This document shows, piece after piece, positions 13,078 through 23,441 of a stretch of 64,000 nucleotides of DNA. The stretch spans positions 1 to 64,000 of the forward strand of contig JAUCBJ010005969.1 of assembly GCA_032718475.1 (NCBI GenBank). The letters are read 5' to 3'. Position 1 is the stretch's first letter. Every line of letters starts with the position of its first letter. Source of the stretch: Nemertoderma westbladi. Its lineage: Eukaryota > Animalia > Xenacoelomorpha. The notes below the pieces were generated by a model that saw nothing but the letters and a program-made list of their open reading frames with translations, was not told the origin of the DNA and made no database searches. Both the position numbers and the translations under genes were made by a program.

Positions 13078-14231
13078 GTGGGAAATGTTATATTATGTTT
13101 TGCAAAGATATTAATGATCTGTACTAATTGTTAAAAGGCATGGAAGACAAAATGGAGAACTTGCACGATATATTAGGTTAATAGTAGTGAGTGAATAGCA
13201 TCCCATAATAACACAACACACATAGTTTTAGTAATAATAAAAACACTAACAGTTACAACAGATCTGCCATTACATATGGTTTGTACCTAATTATATTAAA
13301 ATTATGTACAATAAGAAATTAAATCTGCAAATTAAATAGTTTCTAGAGCATTTCATAACAGAAAGCGAAACATCGCCATTACAGTATAATATATATTATT
13401 CTTGAATATTTGAATAATATTTAGGCTGTGGGTTTTCCCCATCTGTCTACGGAATATTATAAATTTTTGCGAGTGTTTTTTTTTGCTCGGAAATCGATTA
13501 GTATTTTGTCTTGTTTAACTTGGAATTTATTTCAATGCAGTTTATTGTAACAATAATATTCGTATTTTAATTCGTATTTAAATTCGTATCATAATTTAAC
13601 TCACAACAAATTAAATTTCAAAGAGTATAAAAATGGTTAACGTTTTAGAATATTTCCCCTTCAGAATTCCAAGTTGTCAATTCTGTATATTATTTTATGG
13701 GATTAAATTAAATCAATATAGTTTCGACCATTTTTTAATTCAATGCGATTGCATTTATGCATTTCGATTTCAATCAATTGTATATTCGGATGTTCATGCT
13801 AATAAATTATTTACTTGCTTTAAAAAACATGGGCATACTGGGATGCACTTAGTGAATTGTATTATTTTATTAGCACCACTTGTTTATTATAATGCATGTA
13901 TATATATTAGTGTAGCAATGTATACGAATTTATATACAATTCTGTAATTGTGAATTTGCATGAAATATAACATCATTGATTTATATATGAACTATGATGT
14001 ATATTTTATATTACGTCCGACTTATTTTGTCGCCCAAGTCGCACTTTCTTGCCATTTTACTCTGGATTTATATTCTTGTCCGGGATATATATTGCTTTTC
14101 GTGAAAACATTATTTTTAAATACTATATAGTATAACGAAATAATAACAGAAAATACTATGAAACTGGAATGAAAGACTATACAATTTTAACAACACAGAA
14201 AACGACTATATATGTATTTATTTTATTTCAG

Positions 14232-14335
14232 CTCCTGAAATTATAAAACATTTAGAAAATTTCTCAATTGAAGATGGCACCCCAACAGTGAAGATGGAAT
14301 GTAAAGTAAAGGGGGAACCTAAGCCATCGATCCAT
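14232..14335 (+). CDS. Titin-like exon, N-half of an Ig domain (APEIIKHLENFSIEDGTPTVKMECKVKGEPKPSIH)
   Basis: Acceptor ttttatttcag|CT, donor CAT|gtaagt; phase 1 to 0; continues into WFKN of the next exon. Confidence 0.9.
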
Positions 14336-17250
14336 GTAAGTAAAGGGGGAACCCAAGCCATCGATCCATGTAAGTAAAGGGGGAACCTAAGCCATCGATC
14401 CATGTAAGTAAAGGGGGAACCCAAGCCATCGATCCATGTAAGTAAAGGGGGAACCCAAGCCATCGATCCATGTAAGTAAAGGGGGAACCCAAGCCATCGA
14501 TCAATGTAAGTAAAGGGGGAACCCAAGCCATCGATCCATGTAAGTAAAGGGGGAACCCAAGCCATCGATCCATGTAAGTAAAGGGGGAACCCAAGCCATC
14601 GATCCATGTAAATAAAGGGGGAACCCAATCCATCGATCCATGTAAGTAAAGGGGGAACCCAAGCCATCGATCCATGTAAGTAAAGGGGGAACCCAAGCCA
14701 TCGATCCATGTAAGTAAAGGGGGAACCCAATCCATCGATCAATGTAAGTAAAGGGGGAAACCAAGCCATCGATCCATGTAAGTAAAGGGGAAACCCAAGC
14801 CATCGATCCATGTAAGTAAAGAGGGAACCCAAGACTTCGATCCATGTAAGTAAAGGGGGAACCCAAGCCATCGATCAATGTAAGTAAAGGGGGAACCCAA
14901 GCCATCGATCCATGTAAGTAAAGGGGGAACCCAAGCCATCGATCCATGTAAGTAAAGGGGGAACCCAAGCCATCGATCCATGTAAATAAAGGGGGAACCC
15001 AATCCATCGATCCATGTAAGTAAAGGGGGAACCCAAGCCATCGATCCATGTAAGTAAAGGGGGAACCCAAGCCATCGATCCATGTAAGTAAAGGGGGAAC
15101 CCAATCCATCGATCAATGTAAGTAAAGGGGGAAACCAAGCCATCGATCCATGTAAGTAAAGGGGAAACCCAAGCCATCGATCCATGTAAGTAAAGAGGGA
15201 ACCCAAGACTTCGATCCATGTAAGTAAAGGGGGGACCCAAGCCATCGATCCATGTAAGTAAAGGGGGAACCCAAGCCATCGATCCATGTAAGTAAAGGGG
15301 GAACCCAAGCCATCGATCAATGTAAGTAAAGAGGGAACCCAAGCCATCGATCCATGTAAGTAAAGGGGGAACCTAAGCCATCGATCCATGTAAGTAAGGG
15401 GGAACCAAAGACATCGATCCATGTAAGTAAAGGGGGAACCCAAGCCATCGATCCATGTAAGTAAAGGGGGAACCCAAGCCATCGATCCATGTAAGTAAAG
15501 GGGGAACCCAAGCCATCGATCCATGTAAGTAAAGGGGGAACCCAAGCCATCGATCAATGTAAGTAAAGGGGGAACCCAAGCCATCAATCCATGTAAGTAA
15601 AGGGGGAACCCAAGCCATCGATCCATGTAAGTAAAGGGGGAACCCAAGCCATCGATCTATGTAAGTAAAGGGGGAACCCAAGCCATCGATCAATGTAAGT
15701 AAAAGGGGAACCCAAGCCATCGATCCATGTAAGTAAAGGGGGAACCCAAGCCATCGATCCATGTAAGTAAAGGGGGAACCCAAGCCATCGATCCATGTAA
15801 GTAAAGGGGGAACCTAAGCCATCGATCCATGTAAGTAAAGAGGGAACCCAAGACTTCGATCCATGTAAGTAAAGGGGGGACCCAAGCCATCGATCCATGT
15901 AAGTAAAGGGGGAACCCAAGCCATCGATCCATGTAAGTAAAGGGGGAACCCAAGCCATCGATCAATGTAAGTAAAGAGGGAACCCAAGCCATCGATCCAT
16001 GTAAGTAAAGGGGGAACCTAAGCCATCGATCCATGTAAGTAAGGGGGAACCAAAGACATCGATCCATGTAAGTAAAGGGGGAACCCAAGCCATCGATCCA
16101 TGTAAGTAAAGGGGGAACCCAAGCCATCGATCCATGTAAGTAAAGGGGGAACCCAAGCCATCGATCCATGTAAGTAAAGGGGGAACCCAAGCCATCGATC
16201 AATGTAAGTAAAGGGGGAACCCAAGCCATCGATCCATGTAAGTAAAGGGGGAACCCAAGCCATCGATCCATGTAAGTAAAGGGGGAACCCAAGCCATCGA
16301 TCTATGTAAGTAAAGGGGGAACCCAAGCCATCGATCAATGTAAGTAAAAGGGGAACCCAAGCCATCGATCCATGTAAGTAAAGGGGGAACCCAAGCCATC
16401 GATCCATGTAAGTAAAGGGGGAACCCAAGCCATCGATCCATGTAAGTAAAGGGGGAACCTAAGCCATCGATCCATGTAAGTAAAGGGGGAACCCAAGCCA
16501 TCGCTCCATGTAAGTAAAGGGGGAACCCAAGCCATCGATCCATGTAAGTAAAGGGGGAACCTAAGCCATCGATCCATGTAAGTAAAGGGGGAACCCAAGC
16601 CATCGATCCATGTAAGTAAAGGGGGAACCTAAGCCATCGCTCCATGTAAGTAAAGGGGGAACCCAAGCCATCAATCCATGTAAGTAAAGGGGGAACCCAA
16701 GCCATCGATCCATGTAAGTAAAGGGGGAACCCAAGCCATCGCTCCATGTAAGTAAAGGGGGAACCCAAGCCAATCCATGTAAGTAAAGGGGGAACCCAAG
16801 CCATCGATCCATGTAAGTAAAGGGGGAACCCAAGCCATCGATCCATGTAAGTAAAGAGGGAACCCAAGCCATCGATCCATGTAAGTAAAGGGGGAACCCA
16901 AGCCATCGATCCATGTAAGTAAAGGGGGAACCCAAGCCATCGATCCATGTAAGTAAAGGGGGAACCCAAGCCATCGATCAATGTAAGTAAAGGGGGAACC
17001 CAAGCCATCGATCCATGTAAGTAAAGAGGGAACCCAAGCCATCGGTCCATGTAAGTAAAGGGGGAACCCAAGCCATCGATCCATGTAAGTAAAGGGGGAA
17101 CCCAAGACATCGATCCATGTAAGTAAAGGGGGAACCCAAGCCATCGATCCATGTAAGTAAAGGGGGAACCCAAGCCATCGATCCATGTAAGTAAAGGGGG
17201 AACCCAAGCCATCGACCCATGTAAGTAAAGGGGTAACCCAAGCCATCGAT
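14300..17250 (+). repeat. 34-bp minisatellite GTAAGTAAAGGGGGAACCCAAGCCATCGATCCAT, about 87 copies, derived from the exon end plus splice donor
   Basis: The first unit overlaps coding sequence VKGEPKPSIH. Variant blocks recur at 374-nt (11 units) and 645-nt (about 19 units) offsets. Confidence 0.97.
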
Positions 17251-17394
17251 CGATTTCTGATTAGGTATCTACTATCTGAACTACAATATAATAATACAAT
17301 TTGGCTAATTAAATTATAATCATTTATACTTGTTTCGTTGGCTATACGTAATATAAGTCATCATAATATCCTGTTTTATTTTTTAATTACGCAG

Positions 17395-17575
17395 TGGTTC
17401 AAAAATGATGTCGAAATCAAGCCTACTAAACGATTGAAGATCACCAAAGGTTCGAAGGGAACGCATTCATTGACTATCTCCGGGGTTACCACGGGGGACA
17501 GCGCGACCTATCGTATGAAAGCGTCTAATGATCTCGGCATTGTAGAGTCAACAGCGAGATTAACGGTTACAACAC
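17395..17575 (+). CDS. Titin-like exon, C-half of an Ig domain (WFKNDVEIK...DSATYRMKASNDLGIVESTARLTVTT)
   Basis: Acceptor ttacgcag|TGG, donor C|gtaagt; phase 0 to 1. Confidence 0.92.
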
Positions 17576-17658
17576 GTAAGTTTACTATAACTACAATTAA
17601 TTGTCTGCCATCTTAATATTTCAGTTGTGTTCCTATTGTGGTGGCTACTTCCTGGCAG

Positions 17659-18075
17659 CAGAGGCGTAGCGAGGGCGGGGAGGGGGCGGGAGCGTTCCCC
17701 CGGCCGCACTCACCCAGAGGCGTAGCGAGGGCGGGGAGGGGGCGGGAGCGTTCCCCCGGCCGCACTCACCCAGAGGCGTAGCGAGGGCGGGGAGGGGGCG
17801 GGAGCGTTCCCCCGGCCGCACTCACCCAGAGGCGCCTGCCAGGGTTGCCATTTACCTGGAATAGTCAGGGAATTTCATTTTTTTCTTGAATTGCCAAGGA
17901 AATGTCAGGCAATTATTGTAAAAATAGAACATATCAGTTAAAAGTCGGGGATCTTGATATATACAGGAGGTGTATCATTTATCACATGTGTCATAAAAGC
18001 GAAAATTCGGGGGGGTGTAGCGCTATCTATCTCATCTTCATTCCCCGGGCGCCAGAAGGGCTCGCTACACCTCTG
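17659..18075. mobile_element. hAT-like MITE whose left 56 bp are triplicated
   Basis: TIRs CAGAGGCGTAGCGAG (17659) and CTCGCTACACCTCTG (18061-18075), one mismatch. 56-bp unit starts at 17659, 17715, 17771, partial at 17827. No clean TSD seen. Confidence 0.6.
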
Positions 18076-18089
18076 CTTCAGGGATTTGC

Positions 18090-18210
18090 ATCAGGAAGCC
18101 CAGGTTCGATCTCTAGATGGTGCCCATGGCGTGCTGCACAGCACTTTAAATGCTGCAGCCTAGCCCAACGGGGGTTTCACCCTTGAGTGGTTGATAAATG
18201 GGAACCATGG
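18090..18210 (+). mobile_element. Degenerate SINE-like fragment
   Basis: B-box-like GGTTCGATCT near 18103, followed by TTTCACCCTTGAGTGGTTGATAAATGGGAACC, which resembles from memory the central domain of widespread invertebrate SINEs. Confidence 0.35.
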
Positions 18211-19029
18211 TAATTCGGAAAACATTGATCACTCTCCATTCCCGCTAGATCACCCCAAATAGGTTAAGGTCATTCCCCCTCGCATTTCCCCGACGAATGT
18301 TGATACAATCATGGTGATACAATCCCACCCCCCCCCCCCCCCCCCACACCCAGTCCGAATTTGAAAAAGGTCCGCTAAATCAAGACCAAGGTCCGAACAA
18401 CGGGACGAAGGACCGTCACAATATAATGGCTTTGATAAGTTTTACTAATTCTCTAAGTAAATTGATTTTAAATAGTTTTGTTCAGCTCCGCATCAATATT
18501 ATTAGTTATTATTTAATTATCCGAACAAGAAGACACATGCTGTACATACATTGGCCAATCCACTTGGGTTGGTGTCTTTTAGGAGACGATTTAGGAAAGT
18601 CAATGGCCGACCACCACGTTTCCTCTGTCTAACCGGTTGCCTCATGGCATTGGCCGACTAATCTCAACCGCAATGCCTGCAGTGTGTTACTGGGTTTTGA
18701 CAATAATTATCTGTCACTACCGAATTTTTACAATGACTCTTTGTTAAATAAATGGGCATTCTATTTTATGCCATGATCCCTGCGCAGCATCCTGGAATAT
18801 GGACTATCAATAGTGTCTTCTACAGTAAGAGACCAACATGGACTACAATATGACAGTACATGCTATACTGCAGCCAGGGATATATTTACGTTCAGAAAAT
18901 GTATGATTCCAGAAATCTTAATAGCTTCATTAATGTAAAGTTTATTCATGGATATTTTAAAGGTATTCAACTGATCTCAGAATCCAAGATCCTATAGGTA
19001 GCCTACGTGACCAACTCTGTAAGGATTAT

Positions 19030-20286
19030 TGTACGCGCTTTTGAAGACCTTTAGCAGTTTAACCTGCCAAAATTTATATGTCTTTTGGTTTATAAATATA
19101 CTTTAGAAGTTGACAAATATTTAATACCAATAAACACAACATTAGCAGAAGCCAGCCTAGTGCGCGTCCATTCACCCGCTGGATATACCCGGGGGGCTGG
19201 ATTCTGAGGGCTTAGATTATTATTGCAGTGTAAGCTTACTGTATTATTCGATTGATCGTTAATAAATAATTTCTGACTAATATTATTCACTTTCTGGAAA
19301 TATTAACAGTTCCTTTAGGACGTGGCGCTCTATCTAAGTAAACAGAGATATGACTTATACTAATCACAACGGTAAGTCGGTAAGGCTTATGATTCACGTA
19401 TGAGGCGCATTCTTTAGGAAATGCTTAGTTATCAGCCACAATCATGCACACTACCGGTAACACACAATACTGACCACTAATTTGCCGACCGTCAATGATT
19501 TTTATCATATATAAAGAGAACAGCAACGGACCAATGTAGTGCTTATCAAATAGCATTAAATTCACTACATACACAATAATATAAGTCGCAATCGCTATAT
19601 ATAACCCGTCTCTCTAACCTGTAGTGTATCAAGAAAATTGGGAAATTTGGGTTCTTTATAAATGTTCTCCAAATAATATTCAACCAACTAATACAAAATA
19701 TGACAACAGTAAAACATTAAGACGGTAGGTCAAGATATGATATGACATGTTATGATATGTGATATATGATATGGACTGATAACAGTTATACGCTCTATAA
19801 TTTAAGCCTACTAATGTTTCTTCTAAAGTATGAAAACGAGTTGACTCTAGAGCCGGTGTTCCTGGCCTAGATAGCAACAACACAACAGTATGACAAAAAC
19901 AGTAAGACTGAACACTCCTAGTATGATCGGCCGAAAAGCTCCACATCGACAGAAAAAATCGCTCTGATTGGCTTAAGCTAAACAAAGAACCATGTGTCCA
20001 ATGGCTGTTTCCATGTCAGCAACCAGCTGTTAGATGTCGTAATATGAATCATCACGGCTAAGCTGTGTAAGGTATTTGGTACATTGCGGGTTTTTTGCCT
20101 TACCATGTCCGCCAAAACACGTATATAGAGGAATGACTTTTATGTCCGTTAAAACACCTATAACGGTACCTTGCGGGCGAGGGGAATATATATATAGTTA
20201 GAGAGCCTTTTAGAGTATTCCAGCGCCTGGGGGGAAACTGGATTGCGAAGCAAAAGGGCCAGTTATATCCCACAGAAGCTTTTACA
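19030..20286 (-). repeat. 3' LTR of element 1 (1257 bp)
   Basis: Direct repeat of 29491-30752. Confidence 0.95.
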
Positions 20287-20312
20287 CCGCTCCCAGAAAA
20301 TGGGATTTGAGT

Positions 20313-21476
20313 CTATAAAATATACAAAATCACAGTTTCTAATATACGTAAATACTCTAAACAGTTAGTCTTTCTTGCGCGGACGGCGTTTACGCAGTTT
20401 TTTAAAGCTAGCCCCAGAGTCCTTTTCTCTTTGGGGCGAGCCACTTTACAAGGAGGGCTATAACTCCTGGGTGAAGGGTGCAATATGATTGCATCAGAGG
20501 GTGTAGGATTATGGTCGGTGTATCCGCCAGTCGAAGTACCAGGTTGATTGACATCAACGTCAGGTGAGAGGGGTCTAACGGCTTTGAGAGCTCGTTTCAA
20601 GACAGCCGCTCTTACGGGTCCCCTACGAGTGGTCTGAACGAGGGCTGTGGGTAGACCATAGGCAGTTAGAAACCTTCGGGGTTTAATGGTTCTTTCCAAC
20701 TCGCGTTCGCGGGCTCGGTATTCGTAAGGCCGTCGATATACTTCCTGTAACTCGGGGTGTGAGTTAACAAACAAGTCTCCATAGTCCGGATCCTGACGGA
20801 TATAATTGATTAAGTTATAGGAATGAAGGTCGCTAGGATTAACACTCCTGAGAAATTTACGCACGAATTTGGTGGAAATACATTCTCCGACGCGCTTCAG
20901 TAGCTCGTAACTTGATATGCGTGATTTCTGTTCAACCGAAGCGAATAGATAAGGATGGAACGCATAAACTCCTTCGTAAGCGCGTCCGGGATAATAGCGA
21001 TGGCGCGAATCACAGTGTAAATCAGCGTTCGCTTCCCAAGCTCGGATGTAACGTAGTGTGATCATTTCATCTACGCTTTCCAAATCGTGATTAAAAGGGC
21101 AATCGAAACTGGCATGTCCCTTTAGTTGACAATGGTGACATTGAGTCATAAATTGAGGGCAAACCGCAAAGATATGCAAGTTATTGAGTCTGCAATATGC
21201 GCAATAAATTTCCATAGTCGGTTGTTCTTGGAAATAGGAACAGCGGACGTTGGTGTCCATGGGCGTATCGTGGTCTCTCGATGCGCATAACTGACAACGT
21301 TGCCTAGAAACATAGTTGGCGTGTCGATAATCGTACGCAGTGAGACACTGTGGACCTTGATACCATTCTATGATGTAATCGTTGTCGCTGTTCCGGGGCG
21401 CGATAGGCTGAATCTCCTCAGATTCTAGGCATATTGGTTCGTCTTCCCAGTCTGTTACGAATATAATTTTCGTGAT
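20313..21476 (-). CDS. Extra 3' ORF of element 1 with CCHC zinc-knuckle-like motifs; function unknown
   Basis: Frame is open from 21476 (first ATG at 21260, 315 aa). Motifs CQLCASRDH..C, CAYCRLNNLHIFAVC and CHHCQLKGHASFDC (canonical CX2CX4HX4C). Confidence 0.6.
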   Translation of the reverse strand: MTKIIFVTDWEDEPICLESEEIQPIAPRNSDNDYIIEWYQGPQCLTAYDYRHANYVSRQRCQLCASRDHDTPMDTNVRCSYFQEQPTMEIYCAYCRLNNLHIFAVCPQFMTQCHHCQLKGHASFDCPFNHDLESVDEMITLRYIRAWEANADLHCDSRHRYYPGRAYEGVYAFHPYLFASVEQKSRISSYELLKRVGECISTKFVRKFLRSVNPSDLHSYNLINYIRQDPDYGDLFVNSHPELQEVYRRPYEYRARERELERTIKPRRFLTAYGLPTALVQTTRRGPVRAAVLKRALKAVRPLSPDVDVNQPGTSTGGYTDHNPTPSDAIILHPSPRSYSPPCKVARPKEKRTLGLALKNCVNAVRARKTNCLEYLRILETVILYIL

Positions 21477-21816
21477 CTATTTTCGGTTTATCGTTACGAC
21501 TCCGCTGGGTATGATATTTAAGTAGAACCATTTCCCTTTCGGTGTCTACATCGTCCGTATCATGTAAATCGATAGGATGGCCGGTAGTTAGGAAGTCCAT
21601 ATACGTACCATTACGATGCGTATAGCGAGCGGTGAATTTTCGATAGTCCAATTCACGCGTAAGTTGCTCTTGGGACATCGGCGGTTCGATATAACGACCA
21701 TTGTCCTCCGTAATGGTTGGATCGGCTTCACCGCGTATCAAGCTATCCACAAATGCTTGTAAAGGTAGAGTATATCGCTCCCTGACACCAAGATCATCTT
21801 CTATCAACTCCGTCAT
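21418..21816 (-). CDS. 132-aa ORF overlapping the zinc-knuckle ORF; possibly its N-terminus separated by a +1 frameshift
   Basis: ATG at 21816 preceded by a possible acceptor (taacag); overlaps the downstream open frame by about 60 nt. Confidence 0.4.
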   Translation of the reverse strand: MTELIEDDLGVRERYTLPLQAFVDSLIRGEADPTITEDNGRYIEPPMSQEQLTRELDYRKFTARYTHRNGTYMDFLTTGHPIDLHDTDDVDTEREMVLLKYHTQRSRNDKPKIDHENYIRNRLGRRTNMPRI

Positions 21817-23441
21817 ATCTGTTATCTGAGTTTATTAATATTGTAATGAGTTTATGTTTAGGCGAGCGGGCGTCGCTGCCTACCTCTCTTCGCCCCGGAC
21901 AGTGGGATTCTCAGCGCCGATGTATCGTCGTCGCGGTGTTTACGCCAACATGTAGCAACAGCACGACAACGACAACCGGCACAAGTCACTCCACTGTCCG
22001 TCCCAAAGGCTTGAATCCACTTTAGGTTCTTTCTATAGGAGAGTTGGGCTACTTTCACAATTGCGACTAGCTACTGTAAACACACCTTAGCAGTAACATT
22101 CACCTACAAACGCACAAATTCCACACAACTGTCACCAATTGTACACATACAGGCCATTTGTCCGTTAGTCAGTGCCTTCCAGAATGTCACGTTATTACTG
22201 TGTATCCTTGGATACTAACAGTGTGCTATGTTCTCTATGCTATGCAATGGGACAAGCTTTCTATTGTTCTTTTAACTTGCTTCTAATTCTAGCGTGGGTG
22301 TTGCTATGGTGACATTATGGAATGCTAGCGGTAGAATTAGGGTAATTCTCATGCATACAGATCTGGGATGCTATTTAATAATAATTCTTTAATTGTCAAT
22401 ATCCTCTTTATGCATGATTTTATTAATTTTATCGGCTATTGACTATATGTTGGAGATTCTCGCACTCTAATACACTCAATAGGATGAATCTCCGCTCTCA
22501 TGATCTATTAATTAATGGAATTTTGGGAATGTTATAAATTGTACAAAATGACAATTTATGAAATTCATTTAAATATGAATTTAAATTTATTCCCGTGAAT
22601 TTTATTATTTGATGTTAAAATTGACACAATTTGATTCCAGAGCAGGTCTGGGGACATAGGATCCTTAATTCTATGAAAATTGTCTTTTAAGAGTATCGGT
22701 AAGTGTTGCGATATCTTAATTGACTAGAAATTTTAAAGGATCTGAATTTTACAGATTTTAATAAATATTAAATTAAGATTTAAGATGGGCACCGATTTAT
22801 TCCAGAACTTGTCTGGGGACGTTAACCACTGATTCTAGAATTTGTCTTTCAAGTATATCGGTGGGTGCCGCGATATCTTAATCGACTAGAATTACAGATG
22901 GTCAAAAAGTTTAACAGATTTATTTGCGTTTTACGCTACTGTTATAGGGACATCACGCTACTATATGTATTATTATATATGGTATGAGAGCAATATCGCA
23001 CGAAGCAATGTCAGTGTGAAGAGGCAAGTCGTTTCCAAGGTCTACCCAGAGCTTGGTTTAGCCGAGACACGAGGATCTGAACTTTGCATTCCTAATACTC
23101 TGCCTACCAATAATACTTAAGTATAGTAGGAGCTTTATTGTACTTTAATAAGTACGGACATTTCATCTTACTGTAGTCACGTATTTATAATATGATACGG
23201 ACAGTAAGGAAAGAGAAAAAATAATTATTTCTCGCCGTCGCACTAAATATATATTATAAGTAATTACGTACGTAATAAACACTAATATATTGCACTAATC
23301 TACTAAATAATCACTAAAAGAACATTCTACTAAATAAAATTAAAGAAAACGATTATAATAAAATTACATAATAATACATACATAAATATAAAATAAAAAC
23401 AAATATAAAATGATATAGTCACACGCCCACTCCATATGTTA

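Noticed and set aside
3360-13127. A complete single-exon 3255-aa gene
   Set aside because: The ORF-track start is a TTG; the frame extends to a splice acceptor at 3299 and continues through phase-compatible downstream exons.
14300-17250. CRISPR array, or the many minus-strand ORFs (MAWVPPLLTWIDG...)
   Set aside because: Units are head-to-tail with no unique spacers, the context is eukaryotic and no cas genes are present; the ORFs are by-products of a 34-bp period.
19090-19290. Small ORFs duplicated at 29551 and 30141
   Set aside because: Identical only because they lie within the two LTRs; no coding signal.
20313-21816. Retroviral-type env gene
   Set aside because: No signal peptide or transmembrane segment visible; zinc-knuckle motifs instead.
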